From: Oscillospiraceae bacterium
GTDB taxonomy: Bacteria; Bacillota; Clostridia; Oscillospirales; Oscillospiraceae
DNA: 58,036 nucleotides
Assembly (NCBI GenBank): GCA_045602885.1
Contig: JAZSCJ010000022.1
Span: 1 to 58,036 of the forward strand
Direction: 5' to 3'
The notes below the pieces were generated by a model. It worked only from the letters and a program-made list of their open reading frames with translations. It had not been told where the DNA came from and made no database searches. Of this stretch, positions 26,676 through 36,574 are shown piece after piece. How positions within the stretch are numbered: position 1 is the first letter of the stretch; the number at the start of each line of letters is the position of its first letter. A program made the position numbers and the translations under genes.

Positions 26676-27662
26676 CTATTCTTTGGAGAAGCGCTTTTGC
26701 GAAAGAATTTCGAAATGCAGCTTCTTCTGCAGGGTACCCAATACGCCATCGGGCAGGAACAAAATGACCAGAATGGCGATCAAGCCGAGAATGATGTTGG
26801 ACCAGCCGGCATACTGCGCCAGCACTTCGTCCAGCAGGATATAAATGATAGTGCCGATGATGGGGCCGCCCATGGTGCCCACACCGCCGATGATGACAAT
26901 GAACACCAGCGCCACGGTCCAGCTGTTGCTGAAGCCGCTGTTGGGGTAGATGCTGATGTTGTTCAGATAGTACAGACCACCGGCCAGAGCGGTGAACAGA
27001 CCACAGATGACAAAGCACAGCAGCTTGGACTTGAAGATATTTACGCCCACCGAGGATGCCGCGTCAGCGTCATCGCGCATGGCAGTCAGTCCCAAACCGA
27101 TCTTGGACTTGAGCAGCAGGAAGATGACCACCTGTGCCGCCACCAGCAGGATCAGCGCCATGGTGTAGATGACCTCGCGGCCGGGCCGTCCGGCCACCGA
27201 CATGCCGCCACCCATGTTGACAAAACCCCAACTGGTAAAGAAGGTCTTCAGTGCTTCGGCGATGACCCAGGTGGCGATGGCGAAGTACATACCACGCATC
27301 CGGAACAGAATGACGGCCAGTACCAACGCCAATACCGCGCCGATGGCGCCGGCCACCAGAAAGCCGGTGAGATAGGATAGACCGTAAGTGGCGGTGATCA
27401 CTGCCATGGAGTATCCGGCCACGCCCACAAAGGCTTGCTGGCCCAGACTGGTCATGCCGGTGTAACCACTCAGCAGGTTCCACATGGAGGCCATAGTGCA
27501 GTACAGGAACATCTTAATGAGAATGCGGCGGATGTTGTTGTCGCCCAGGAAACCGATCAACGCCAGAACGACCACCAGGACGGCGACAACGATCAGCATG
27601 GGAATGCCGCCGAACACACGCACCTTCTTTTGGGTGGAGGTATTGAGTTTTTTCATATTCAT
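26676..27662 (-). CDS. livM: Branched-chain amino acid ABC transporter permease (LivM type)
   Basis: 328-aa polytopic membrane protein, last gene of the liv-type operon. Confidence 0.82.
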   Translation of the reverse strand: MNMKKLNTSTQKKVRVFGGIPMLIVVAVLVVVLALIGFLGDNNIRRILIKMFLYCTMASMWNLLSGYTGMTSLGQQAFVGVAGYSMAVITATYGLSYLTGFLVAGAIGAVLALVLAVILFRMRGMYFAIATWVIAEALKTFFTSWGFVNMGGGMSVAGRPGREVIYTMALILLVAAQVVIFLLLKSKIGLGLTAMRDDADAASSVGVNIFKSKLLCFVICGLFTALAGGLYYLNNISIYPNSGFSNSWTVALVFIVIIGGVGTMGGPIIGTIIYILLDEVLAQYAGWSNIILGLIAILVILFLPDGVLGTLQKKLHFEILSQKRFSKE

Positions 27663-27674
27663 TTCCTCCTTCCC

Positions 27675-28523
27675 TTACTTGGAGAACAGGCCCTGCGGAC
27701 GCACAGCCAGCATGATGATCAACACGATATAGCTGATCAGCATGCCGTAGTTTGCGCCGCCCAGAACCTGTGCCAGACCAAAGACCAGGCCGGCCACCAG
27801 CGTACCGGGGATGGAGCCCATACCGCCAATGACCACCACGCCGAAGGCGATCAGCAGATAGTTGCCGCCCGAGCTGGGGTAGAAGGTCCACTGCATACCC
27901 ACCGCCAGACCGGCGATGGCGGCCGTAGCCATGGCAATGCCCAGCGCAATGGCGTAGGTGCGTTTCACGCTCACGCCCATCAGCGAAGCCGCCTCGATGT
28001 CGTCCGAGGTGGCGCGAATGGAGCGACCCAGATAGGTTTTGCGCAGGAACAGGGTCAAACCGCCAATGGTGATCAGACAAATGACAAAGAGGATCAGCGA
28101 CAAAACCGAGATGTTGATGCTGCCCAGCTTAATGGTGCTGGTGTTGTATGCCACGTTGGCGCGGCGTGCGTCAGCGGTGAACAGAAGCAGCATGGCGTCC
28201 TGCAAAATGATGGATACGCCAAAGGTGACCAGTAGCGCAGGTTCCGAACCTTGCAGCATGACCCGGTTGATCAGCGCGCTTTGCAGTACCACACCGATGA
28301 GGAACATCAGCGGCACCGTGATGATCAAAGTCAGAATGGGATCAATGCCCAGCGCCTTGGCCAGCAGGGTGGAGCCAAAGGCGCCCATGATGATGAACTC
28401 GCCGTGGGCCAGATTGGTCAGCTTGACGATGCCGAACATCATAGTCATACCGACGCCGAGGAGAGCGTAAATGCCGCCCAGCAAAATACCGTTGATCAAA
28501 TACTGAATTGCAACCATTTCCAC
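27675..28523 (-). CDS. livH: Branched-chain amino acid ABC transporter permease (LivH type)
   Basis: 282 aa. N-terminus QYLINGILLGGIYALLGVGMTMMFG is typical of LivH. Confidence 0.85.
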   Translation of the reverse strand: MEMVAIQYLINGILLGGIYALLGVGMTMMFGIVKLTNLAHGEFIIMGAFGSTLLAKALGIDPILTLIITVPLMFLIGVVLQSALINRVMLQGSEPALLVTFGVSIILQDAMLLLFTADARRANVAYNTSTIKLGSINISVLSLILFVICLITIGGLTLFLRKTYLGRSIRATSDDIEAASLMGVSVKRTYAIALGIAMATAAIAGLAVGMQWTFYPSSGGNYLLIAFGVVVIGGMGSIPGTLVAGLVFGLAQVLGGANYGMLISYIVLIIMLAVRPQGLFSK

Positions 28524-28532
28524 TCCACCTCC

Positions 28533-29258
28533 TTACAAACCGAAGTAGGCTTTCTTGATCTCGTCTTCGCCCAGCTCTTTGGAGCGGCCGGAGAGGACCG
28601 TTTTGCCCTTGAGCATCACGGTGGTGAATTCACCGGTGCGGATGGCACGGTTGGTATCCTGCTCCACCAGCACGACGGTCATGCCGGTTTTGCTGATCTC
28701 ACGAATCTTTGCGTAAATGTCCTTGATGACGGTGGGTGCCAGACCCAGCGAGATCTCGTCAAAGAGAATGCACTCGGGGTTGGTCATCAAGGCGCGGCCC
28801 ACAGCCACCATCTGACGCTGGCCGCCAGACAGAGAGCCGGACAGATCGTTGCGCTTTTCCTTGAGTACGGGGAACAGCTCATACACATGCTCCAGGGACT
28901 CCTTGGCCTTGGCACGCACACGCTTGGGGAAGCTGCCCATCATCAGGTTGTCCTCCACCGTCATGCGTACAAAGCAGCGGCTGCCCTGCGGCACCAGCGA
29001 CAAGCCACGGGTAACCACCTTTTCAGCGGGCAGACCGGTGATGTCCTCGCCCTTAAAGATGATCTTTCCGGCGGTGGGTTTGTGCAAACCGGCGATGGTG
29101 TCCATCAAAGTGGACTTGCCGGCGCCGTTGGCGCCGATGACCGATACGATCTTACCTTGCGGCACGTCCAGCGAGGCTGATTCCACCGCCAGGAAGTCGC
29201 CATACTTGGCCTGTACGCCTTCCACGCTCAAAATGGATTCACTCATCGTCTTCGGCAC
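28533..29258 (-). CDS. livF: Branched-chain amino acid ABC transporter ATP-binding protein (LivF type)
   Basis: Walker A GANGAGKST, signature LSGGQRQ, Walker B ILFDE. Confidence 0.88.
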   Translation of the reverse strand: MPKTMSESILSVEGVQAKYGDFLAVESASLDVPQGKIVSVIGANGAGKSTLMDTIAGLHKPTAGKIIFKGEDITGLPAEKVVTRGLSLVPQGSRCFVRMTVEDNLMMGSFPKRVRAKAKESLEHVYELFPVLKEKRNDLSGSLSGGQRQMVAVGRALMTNPECILFDEISLGLAPTVIKDIYAKIREISKTGMTVVLVEQDTNRAIRTGEFTTVMLKGKTVLSGRSKELGEDEIKKAYFGL

Positions 29259-29970
29259 CTCCCAGATAGACTTCTTCCACCAGCTTGGAGTTCATGACCT
29301 CCAGCGGATTGCCCACGGTCAGGTTGTGGCCCTGCGCCATGCACATCAGCGTGTCGGTGGATTCCACCATGGTCTGAATGACGTGTTCGATCCAAATGAT
29401 GGAATAACCAGCGGCCTTCAGATTGGCCACCATCTTCATCACGTCCTGCACTTCGGCTTCGGTCAGACCGGCGGCCACCTCGTCCAGCAGCAGCAGCTTG
29501 GGCTCGGTACCCAGCGCGCGGGCGATCTCCAAACGCTTGCGGTCCAGCAGGGTAAGCTCACCGGCGCAAACCTCACGCTTTTCGTACAGATCGGTCAGTC
29601 TCAGCGCGTCCAGCGCCACCCGGCGGCCGTCACGCTCATTGTGGCCTGCGCCGTGCACGGCGGCGACCAACACATTTTCAAAAACACTCATGCCTTCAAA
29701 GGGGCGGGGTACCTGGTAGGTGCGGCCAATGCCCATGTGGCAGCGTGCACTTGCATTCATCTTTGTAATGTTTTTGCCATCGTAAATGATCTCGCCCTGG
29801 GTGGGCACGATCAGTCCGATGAGGGCGTTGAACATGGTGGTCTTGCCACAGCCGTTGGGGCCGATGACACCATAAACCTCGCCACGCTTGACCTCAAACG
29901 ACAGATCGTTGAGGATTTGAACGCGGCCGTAGCCGGCGTTTACATTGTTGAAAGTAAGAATGGTATCCAT
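29239..29970 (-). CDS. livG: Branched-chain amino acid ABC transporter ATP-binding protein (LivG type)
   Basis: Walker A GPNGCGKTT, Walker B LLLDEVAAG. Confidence 0.88.
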   Translation of the reverse strand: MDTILTFNNVNAGYGRVQILNDLSFEVKRGEVYGVIGPNGCGKTTMFNALIGLIVPTQGEIIYDGKNITKMNASARCHMGIGRTYQVPRPFEGMSVFENVLVAAVHGAGHNERDGRRVALDALRLTDLYEKREVCAGELTLLDRKRLEIARALGTEPKLLLLDEVAAGLTEAEVQDVMKMVANLKAAGYSIIWIEHVIQTMVESTDTLMCMAQGHNLTVGNPLEVMNSKLVEEVYLGGAEDDE

Positions 29971-30049
29971 GTTACCCTCCTGTGTTGCGGTGTTTAGAAC
30001 AAACGGGGGGCCGAGGCCCCCCGCCGTGTCTTAAACTCAGAAAACTGAG

Positions 30050-31324
30050 TTATTTCTGTGTGGCGTTGCCGTCGACATAGGCGCCGGTAACGGGGATCTC
30101 GGGATAAACCGAGTTGTCGATGACGACCAGGGTCAGCTTGCCGTCAACCATCTGCCACTGGCCACCGCCAATCACGGTGTCGCCGTAGGTCAGACCGCCC
30201 ATGGTCTGGTCATACTTGATGGGGCCAACCATGGTCTCGGTGTCCAGGGCCAGCATAGCCTCGTGGACAGCCTGCTTCTCGGTGGTGCCGGCAGCCTGGA
30301 AGGCCTGAACAGCCAGCTCCAGAGCAGCATAGCCGTAAGCGGTGGGCTGGGGCAGAGCGCGGCCGTTGTTGTCGGCGGAATACTTGGCGCCCAGATCAGC
30401 GCAGGAAACGCCGGTCAGTGCGGAGGTGTAGGGGTTGGAGGGAGCCCACCAAACCTCGGTCATGATGCCTTCGGCCTTGTCAATGCCCAGAGCCTCCACG
30501 TCGCCTTCCAGCAGGCAGCACTTACCCATGGTCACGCAGCCAACCTCAACGCCGGCCGAGATCATCTGGGTGAACAGGTTGGAGAAATCGGGGGGAATGT
30601 TGGTGCCGGCCAGGATGTCGATGTCCTCGGCCTTGAACTTGTTGATGATGGTGGAGAAATCGTTGGTGCCGGAGGGATACTGGCCGGGATCGACTAGGAC
30701 ATAGCCGTCCTTCTCCAGATTGGCGGTGAACACGCTGTACCAGGCGGAGCCGTCGGCGTCATTGGCGAAGGCCAGACCGACCTTAGCGCCGGTGTTGGGC
30801 AAATAGCCGGCAGCAGCCCACAGGGCCTTGTACTGCTCGTAGACCTTCTCGATGGTCCAGAATGCGTGGACGGTCCACTCAGCGTCGGTCGTCAGAGAGC
30901 CGGCAACGGGGTTGACGGGCGCCTGAATGGCGATACAGGGCACGTCATACTGCTCGGCAGCCGCCACAACGGGGATGACGGTCTCGGGTGTCTGAATGGC
31001 GATGATCATGTCGACCTCGTCCTCGTCGCACAGCTTGGCAGCCATCTCAGAGCAGGTGGCCGAGTCAGAACCGGAGTCATAGACGATCACGTCGATGTTT
31101 TTCTTGACGCCGTCCACATCGATGCCGCCCATGGTCTCGTTGACATAGGTTTCGATTTCCTTGGTCAGCCAGTCAACGCCTTCGCCATTACCGGCCAGAG
31201 GACCGGTGGTGGGGTTTACGTAGCCGATCTTGATGGTGTCGCTGCCCTTGCCGCCGCAGCCGGCCAGAAGACCAAGGCACATGACCATGGCCATAACCAG
31301 GGCGAGGATGCTCTTCTTGTTCAT
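30050..31324 (-). CDS. Amino-acid ABC substrate-binding lipoprotein (type I PBP, Leu/Ile/Val-binding family)
   Basis: The real start is MNKKSILALVMAMVMCLGLLAGCGG (lipobox) at 31324, after AAGGAGACG. Hairpins at 30005-30051 follow the gene inside the operon. Confidence 0.86.
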   Translation of the reverse strand: MNKKSILALVMAMVMCLGLLAGCGGKGSDTIKIGYVNPTTGPLAGNGEGVDWLTKEIETYVNETMGGIDVDGVKKNIDVIVYDSGSDSATCSEMAAKLCDEDEVDMIIAIQTPETVIPVVAAAEQYDVPCIAIQAPVNPVAGSLTTDAEWTVHAFWTIEKVYEQYKALWAAAGYLPNTGAKVGLAFANDADGSAWYSVFTANLEKDGYVLVDPGQYPSGTNDFSTIINKFKAEDIDILAGTNIPPDFSNLFTQMISAGVEVGCVTMGKCCLLEGDVEALGIDKAEGIMTEVWWAPSNPYTSALTGVSCADLGAKYSADNNGRALPQPTAYGYAALELAVQAFQAAGTTEKQAVHEAMLALDTETMVGPIKYDQTMGGLTYGDTVIGGGQWQMVDGKLTLVVIDNSVYPEIPVTGAYVDGNATQK

Positions 31325-31472
31325 TGTAAACGTCTCCTTACATTTTATTTTTGGATCCCGTTCCGCAGGGATTTGTGCCACGTAGGAATAAACACCGGGG
31401 CCTTGGCCGGAATCAAAGCGGGGAACATGCCAACACATACCATCCGACCTTTTCATGTATTTTACCAGAACA

Positions 31473-31511
31473 ACCTTAAAAAAACCTTAAGATATCATTA
31501 ATATACCTTAA
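31473..31511 (-). promoter_or_regulatory. Three phased direct repeats ACCTTAA upstream of the liv-type operon; candidate OmpR-family response-regulator sites
   Basis: Copies start at 31473, 31484 and 31505 (spacing 11 and 21 bp), 150-190 nt upstream of the binding-protein start and just downstream of the two-component operon. Confidence 0.35.
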
Positions 31512-31573
31512 AAAATTGGTCTATCTCGATATAGCGCGGAGAAAAAAGAAGTCAATTTTTGTGCAATAACGAC

Positions 31574-31610
31574 AAAAAACGGGGTTCTCCCGGTGGGAGA
31601 ACCCCGTTTT
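31574..31610 (-). terminator. Terminator of the binding-protein/RR/HK operon
   Basis: ACGGGGTTCTCCCggtGGGAGAACCCCGT with a U-run on the minus strand. Confidence 0.8.
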
Positions 31611-31621
31611 ACCTCCGTGGG

Positions 31622-32944
31622 TCAAAGGGAAATGCCGCGCTGACGAAGGGGAAGAAAAACCTTAAAAATCGTCCCCTTGGGCTTGTTGTGCTCGGCGGTG
31701 ATGCGGCCGTTGTGCCGCTGGGTGATCAGACTTGCGATGTGCAGCCCCAATCCACTGCCGTCCGATTTGGACTGCTGGCGCTCCTCCCGATAAAACCGGG
31801 TAAACACCTTTTTCATGCCCTCATCGCTGATGCCAATGCCCGAGTCGGCCACGACCAAAACGGCCATGTTGTCCTCGGAGTAGGCTGAAAGCCGGATCAT
31901 GCCGCCTTTTTCGGTGTACTTCAGGGCATTTTCCAGCAAAATGGCAAGCACTTCGGTCAAAAGCTGCCGGTCTGCCACCAACGACAGCTCCGACTGCAAA
32001 TTGTAGATCAGCTTCTTTTGCGCCGCTTCGGCTTGATAGCAAAAGGGCTCAATGAAATCTTCGATCAGCTCGCTTAAATTGATTCGTTCCCAATGCACCT
32101 GCATTTCCGAGGCCTGCAACTGCACCATCTCCAACAGGTTGGAGGACATTTTGCGCAGGCGGCTGGTTTCGGCCAGGGAGTTGGAGATCAGATCGCTGCG
32201 CTCAATGATTTTCTGTCCCGGCGTTTCCAGCAGAAGCTCCAATGAGCTGTGAATGACTGCCAGCGGGGAACGAATCTCGTGGGAGGCATAGCTGATAAAT
32301 TCATCCTGCCGCTTCCACGCTTCCACCGCGCCCTGCACCAGCGATTTACTCAAATACCAGCCGGAAAAAAGTACCAGCAACATGGCGATGGCCGTGCAGT
32401 TGATCAGTACGCCGCCAATGATGTCAAGGGTGGCCTGAATGTCGGTGGAGTCGGCGACCAGCTGAATGTAATACGGGGTCGCGTTCGGATCCTCCACCTG
32501 TATGGTATAGGTATGGTAATACAGGGTGGCGGCGTTGCGCATGGCCGTTTCGGTGCGGAACTTTCCTGCGTTTTCCGGAGAAAAGGCAATGTTGAGTATG
32601 TAGTCAAAGGAGGACAGATGGGCCCGGTTGAGGACCTCGCCCTGGGCATCGCGCAGCAGAAGGAAGATACGGTAGGAAACCACATAGCTTTCTCCGCTGT
32701 CATAGAAGATGATATTGCGGCCCTTCAAAAAGTTTTCCAGCGCGTTGTCAACATCACGCCGGATCTGCGTCTCGGCCTGGGTCATCTGACTGTCCAGTTC
32801 CTGGTGCATGGCTTGGGAGGAAACCGTGTATACGATAATGTCAAAGGTGCAAAATAAAAGCAAAAACACCAGGAACAGGATGCCCATATATTGTAGGCGG
32901 CGCTTGAACAGAAAATATTTTCTATCCATACAGCTCACTGTCAT
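31622..32944 (-). CDS. Sensor histidine kinase (two TM helices, extracytoplasmic loop)
   Basis: H-box SHEIRSPLAV. N/G boxes LENALKYT, DSGIGI, GSGLGLHI. Confidence 0.88.
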   Translation of the reverse strand: MTVSCMDRKYFLFKRRLQYMGILFLVFLLLFCTFDIIVYTVSSQAMHQELDSQMTQAETQIRRDVDNALENFLKGRNIIFYDSGESYVVSYRIFLLLRDAQGEVLNRAHLSSFDYILNIAFSPENAGKFRTETAMRNAATLYYHTYTIQVEDPNATPYYIQLVADSTDIQATLDIIGGVLINCTAIAMLLVLFSGWYLSKSLVQGAVEAWKRQDEFISYASHEIRSPLAVIHSSLELLLETPGQKIIERSDLISNSLAETSRLRKMSSNLLEMVQLQASEMQVHWERINLSELIEDFIEPFCYQAEAAQKKLIYNLQSELSLVADRQLLTEVLAILLENALKYTEKGGMIRLSAYSEDNMAVLVVADSGIGISDEGMKKVFTRFYREERQQSKSDGSGLGLHIASLITQRHNGRITAEHNKPKGTIFKVFLPLRQRGISL

Positions 32945-33611
32945 CGGTCAGAATGTAACCGATGCCTCTCACGGTTTTCAGATACTTTTCGTAGTCATGC
33001 TGCCGCAGGATCCTGCGAATCTGGCTGGCGTAAACTTCGATCACGGAATATTCCGTGTTGGAGTAGAAACCCCATACACGCTGGAACAGACGCTTTTTGG
33101 GAACAATGGTATTTTTGTTTTCCACCAGAAGCAAAAGAAAATCGAACTGCTTTCCGTGCAGATCCAGCTTGGTTTCGCCAATACGGGCAATGCGGGTGTT
33201 GGTGTCGATGGTCAAATCCAGGAAGGAGAGCACCGTTTCCGTCGGCTCGCCCCGGTAAAAGCGGCGCACCAGTGCATCCAGCCGGGCCTGAAAAATGTCC
33301 AGGTCAAAGGGCTTGGACAGATAATCGTCGGCCCCGGCCTGCAATCCGCGCACCTGATCCACCGACTGGTTGAGCGCAGTCAGCATGAGTACCGGGGTGG
33401 TAATGCCGTCGCTGCGCATTTGCTCCAGCACCTCAAAGCCGTTGAGCTTGGGCATCATAACGTCCAGAATGATCACATCAAACCGATCTCGGCACAGACA
33501 GGCCAGCCCCTCTTCGCCGTCAAAGGCCTGGGTCATATCGAACTTGTACTTTAAGCTTTCGCAGATGTTGTTGGACAGATTCTTGTCGTCCTCTACGATC
33601 AGCGCTTTCAT
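32922..33611 (-). CDS. OmpR/PhoB-family response regulator
   Basis: MKALIVEDDKNL receiver domain with D..DVMMP and a winged-helix C-terminus (TVRGIGY). ATGA overlap with the upstream binding-protein gene. Confidence 0.9.
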   Translation of the reverse strand: MKALIVEDDKNLSNNICESLKYKFDMTQAFDGEEGLACLCRDRFDVIILDVMMPKLNGFEVLEQMRSDGITTPVLMLTALNQSVDQVRGLQAGADDYLSKPFDLDIFQARLDALVRRFYRGEPTETVLSFLDLTIDTNTRIARIGETKLDLHGKQFDFLLLLVENKNTIVPKKRLFQRVWGFYSNTEYSVIEVYASQIRRILRQHDYEKYLKTVRGIGYILTDDSELYG

Positions 33612-34906
33612 TTCTCTTCCTCCTCCGATATGAGTATAATGTCTGCGGTAATGTCCATAGTGGGGATCAGATAGTTGCCTACGATCTCCTGTCGATAGCT
33701 GCCATCCGGGTTGCAAACCCATTGTCCGGCAAGGCAGCTCATGACTGATACATGGTCATCGTTAAACCGTACATGGCCGATCACCGTATTCAGATCGGTC
33801 TGGTTTGCCGCGGCGTTGATGGCGTCAAGATCCAGCGAGCCGGCACGCCGGAGTATGTCATACAGGATCTCCACATTGGCGTGCTTATAGCCCACCGTGG
33901 GCGGTACGACGCGCAGCGTGGGGTCGTAATGCTGTAGATAATCCTGGGCCAGCTGTGCGCTGGTTTGGCCCGTGATGGAGGAGACCGTGGGGAAATCGGC
34001 ATTCCACCAAACTTCGCTGATCAAGCCGTTTGCCAACGGCCCCAACTGTTCGACATCGGATGCGAACAGACAGGCCTTGGCCACGGTGCACATCTTGGGG
34101 CGATAATCGCTGGCCATGCATTGCCGCCAGAATGCGGCGAAATCCTCGGGGTTCATTACGCCCACAATGATGTCGCATTGGGCGGCGGCAAAGGCGTCTG
34201 CAAATGGGGTGTAATCGTTCAGTCCGGCGATGTATCGGCCGGGATCTACAATGGTATAGCCCTTGTAGGTGGCAAAATCCTGAATAAAAGTGGCGATCTC
34301 CATGCCTTCGCTGTCGTTGGCGGTGATCAGTCCGATGGTTTTGTTGGTGTCCACCCGGTCCCAGGCGTCCCAAAAGCAAAGCAGTTCATGTTCATTGTCA
34401 AAATGGGTGTGCCAGCAATTCTGATACGGGCCGCCCATGATCCAGGCCGAAGCCGGCGCGTCGGTGGAAATGCAGGCGATCCCGGCCTGCTCACACACGG
34501 CAGACACCGGGGAAACGGTATCGGAGGTGTTGGACACGATCATAATGTCGATGCCCTGGTTAATCAGCGCTTGCGCCGCCTCGGCGGCCTGTTTCGCGCT
34601 GGATTGCGAATCGGCATACTCCAGCTTGAGTCGGCAGCGCTGCCCATCCAGAAGAATGCCGCCCTGCTCATTGATGGCGCGGATAGCGGCCAGCTCCACA
34701 TAGGGCGTGCCTGCGCCAAAGGAGGCCAGCGGCCCGCTCAAGGGAACTACCCGTCCAACCGTCACGGTTTTGTCAAAGATCCAGTTTCCGTCTGCGTCAC
34801 GACCGGAGGGGGCAGGGGGCGTTGCGGCAGGGGAACAGCCGGTCAGCAGCACAAAGCACAGCAGCAATGTCATGATCCGAGCGCGCAAACCCGATCCCCT
34901 CCTCAC
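33608..34906 (-). CDS. Type I periplasmic-binding-protein lipoprotein (Leu/Ile/Val-binding family) co-transcribed with the two-component system
   Basis: Lipobox LLTGCS. PBP1-like sequence. Its stop overlaps the RR start (ATGA at 33608-33611). No cognate permease genes are in its operon. Confidence 0.78.
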   Translation of the reverse strand: MRRGSGLRARIMTLLLCFVLLTGCSPAATPPAPSGRDADGNWIFDKTVTVGRVVPLSGPLASFGAGTPYVELAAIRAINEQGGILLDGQRCRLKLEYADSQSSAKQAAEAAQALINQGIDIMIVSNTSDTVSPVSAVCEQAGIACISTDAPASAWIMGGPYQNCWHTHFDNEHELLCFWDAWDRVDTNKTIGLITANDSEGMEIATFIQDFATYKGYTIVDPGRYIAGLNDYTPFADAFAAAQCDIIVGVMNPEDFAAFWRQCMASDYRPKMCTVAKACLFASDVEQLGPLANGLISEVWWNADFPTVSSITGQTSAQLAQDYLQHYDPTLRVVPPTVGYKHANVEILYDILRRAGSLDLDAINAAANQTDLNTVIGHVRFNDDHVSVMSCLAGQWVCNPDGSYRQEIVGNYLIPTMDITADIILISEEEEK

Positions 34907-34964
34907 GAAACAATATTACCTATATTGTACTCAAGCGCACCTTTTTTTGCAAGGGCAAAGCACG

Positions 34965-34997
34965 GAAAAAGCCGCACCGCATGCTTGCGGTGCGGCT
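34965..34997 (-). terminator. Terminator of the APC permease gene
   Basis: AGCCGCACCGCAtgctTGCGGTGCGGCT with a U-run on the minus strand. Confidence 0.75.
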
Positions 34998-35022
34998 GGG
35001 AAATTCGGTGTGTATCATGTGA

Positions 35023-36420
35023 TTACGATGCGTTGCGCCTGCCAAGATGGTCGATCAAAGCGCCGATGGCCATAATGACGGCAAAGACGATCAGATACCA
35101 AAGACAGGCCATGCGGTGGCTGAAAATCGAGGCCACCACCATGAACACACTGCCCAGCAAGGCCAGACCGGGCAGAATAAACCGGCGCAGTACCGGCTGG
35201 TCGGACTGCTTGCGCATCCATTGGATGAGAATGGGCAGGTACATCAGATAAATGGTGATGATGGGCAGCTCGGTGGAGTCAAATACAAACGGGCCGCTCC
35301 ACATCCCGGCCAGATTGGACGCATAGAAATAAAGAAACCAGGCCGCGGTGATCATCAGCGCGAAAATGGCCGAGTTGGTGGGCATGTTGGTCTTGGCATC
35401 CACTTGGGAGAACATGGTGGGATTGGGTCCCTCGCCCCGGGCGGCCAGGGCATAGATGCCACGGCTGCAGCCCAGCATCAGACCGTTGGTGGTGCCCAGA
35501 CAGGAAACGGCAATAAACAGATTCAAAATGTTACCCAGTACGCCGCCAAACAGATTGGTGAAGGCAACGGTGGCTCCCTTGTCGATCAGTTCCTGATTGG
35601 TTGCGCCGCCGGCCACACCGATGTAGTAGAACAGATACACGGCCACAATGATGATGCCGCCCAGAATGAGCGCCCGGGGAAGATTCTTTCTGGAGTCCTT
35701 GATCTCGGCGTTGATGGAGGTGGCGATGATCCAACCTTCGTATGCAAAGGCGGTGGCACACACCGCGGCAAACAGAGGGCTTTGGGCGGCATCCTCCACC
35801 TGGGCGACCGTCACAAAGTTTTCCTGCAGTGTGCCGCTGGTCAGTCCGTAGATCAGACCGACCACGGCCATCAGAGCCAGGGGGATCAGCTTGATCACCG
35901 TGGTGCTGGTTTGCAGCTTGCCGGCCAGCTTGGGGGACAGGGCGTTGATGCCGTAGGTCATGCACAGATAAAACAGAGTCAAGGCTATGCACTCCGGCCC
36001 GATCAGACAGCCGCCCTGGGCGACCGGCACCGTCATGGGGAAGTGGGGGTTGACCGAGGTAAGAAATTCCAACGTATACCGGGCCGACACCCAGGCCAGG
36101 GCAGAGGTCATGCCGGGATAGTAAATGGTTGCCGTAAACCAGCCCATATAGTATCCGTACCGGGGTCCCACCGTGGCCTCGGCGTAGTCCACAAGCCCGT
36201 TGACCCGTTCGTACTTCTGTCCCATGAAGGAGAAGCTCAAAAGGCACACCAGCATGATGGCGCCGCCAATGATCCAGGCCAGAATACCCAGCGGCATATT
36301 GCCGGCGGTCTTGGTCAGAATGGTCTGGGCCTTAAAGAACACGCCCGAGCCGATGACGATGCCCACCACCATGCAGATGGCGGTGAACAGACCGTATTTT
36401 CGTTCCAGTTGGTTGGACAT
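35023..36420 (-). CDS. Amino acid permease (APC superfamily)
   Basis: About 465 aa and 12 predicted TM helices. N-terminus MSNQLERKYGLFTAICMVVGIVIGSGVF. ATG at 36420 lies 5 nt after GAGGTG. Confidence 0.85.
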   Translation of the reverse strand: MSNQLERKYGLFTAICMVVGIVIGSGVFFKAQTILTKTAGNMPLGILAWIIGGAIMLVCLLSFSFMGQKYERVNGLVDYAEATVGPRYGYYMGWFTATIYYPGMTSALAWVSARYTLEFLTSVNPHFPMTVPVAQGGCLIGPECIALTLFYLCMTYGINALSPKLAGKLQTSTTVIKLIPLALMAVVGLIYGLTSGTLQENFVTVAQVEDAAQSPLFAAVCATAFAYEGWIIATSINAEIKDSRKNLPRALILGGIIIVAVYLFYYIGVAGGATNQELIDKGATVAFTNLFGGVLGNILNLFIAVSCLGTTNGLMLGCSRGIYALAARGEGPNPTMFSQVDAKTNMPTNSAIFALMITAAWFLYFYASNLAGMWSGPFVFDSTELPIITIYLMYLPILIQWMRKQSDQPVLRRFILPGLALLGSVFMVVASIFSHRMACLWYLIVFAVIMAIGALIDHLGRRNAS

Positions 36421-36531
36421 AGAACACCTCGATGACATGAAAATTTGCGATAAAAAACATGGGCCTTATTATATAAAGAAAAACCATGCCAAGTCAAGGC
36501 TTTCCGTCCGGAGAAACGCCCTGTGGCGGTT

Positions 36532-36570
36532 TCAAAGAAAAACGGCCGCCGGAATCGATCGGCGGCCGTT
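36532..36570 (-). terminator. Terminator of the nif-like/hyd-like operon
   Basis: AACGGCCGCCGgaatcgatCGGCGGCCGTT followed by tttctttg on the minus strand, 5 nt after the HydF-family stop. Confidence 0.8.
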
Positions 36571-36574
36571 TGCA

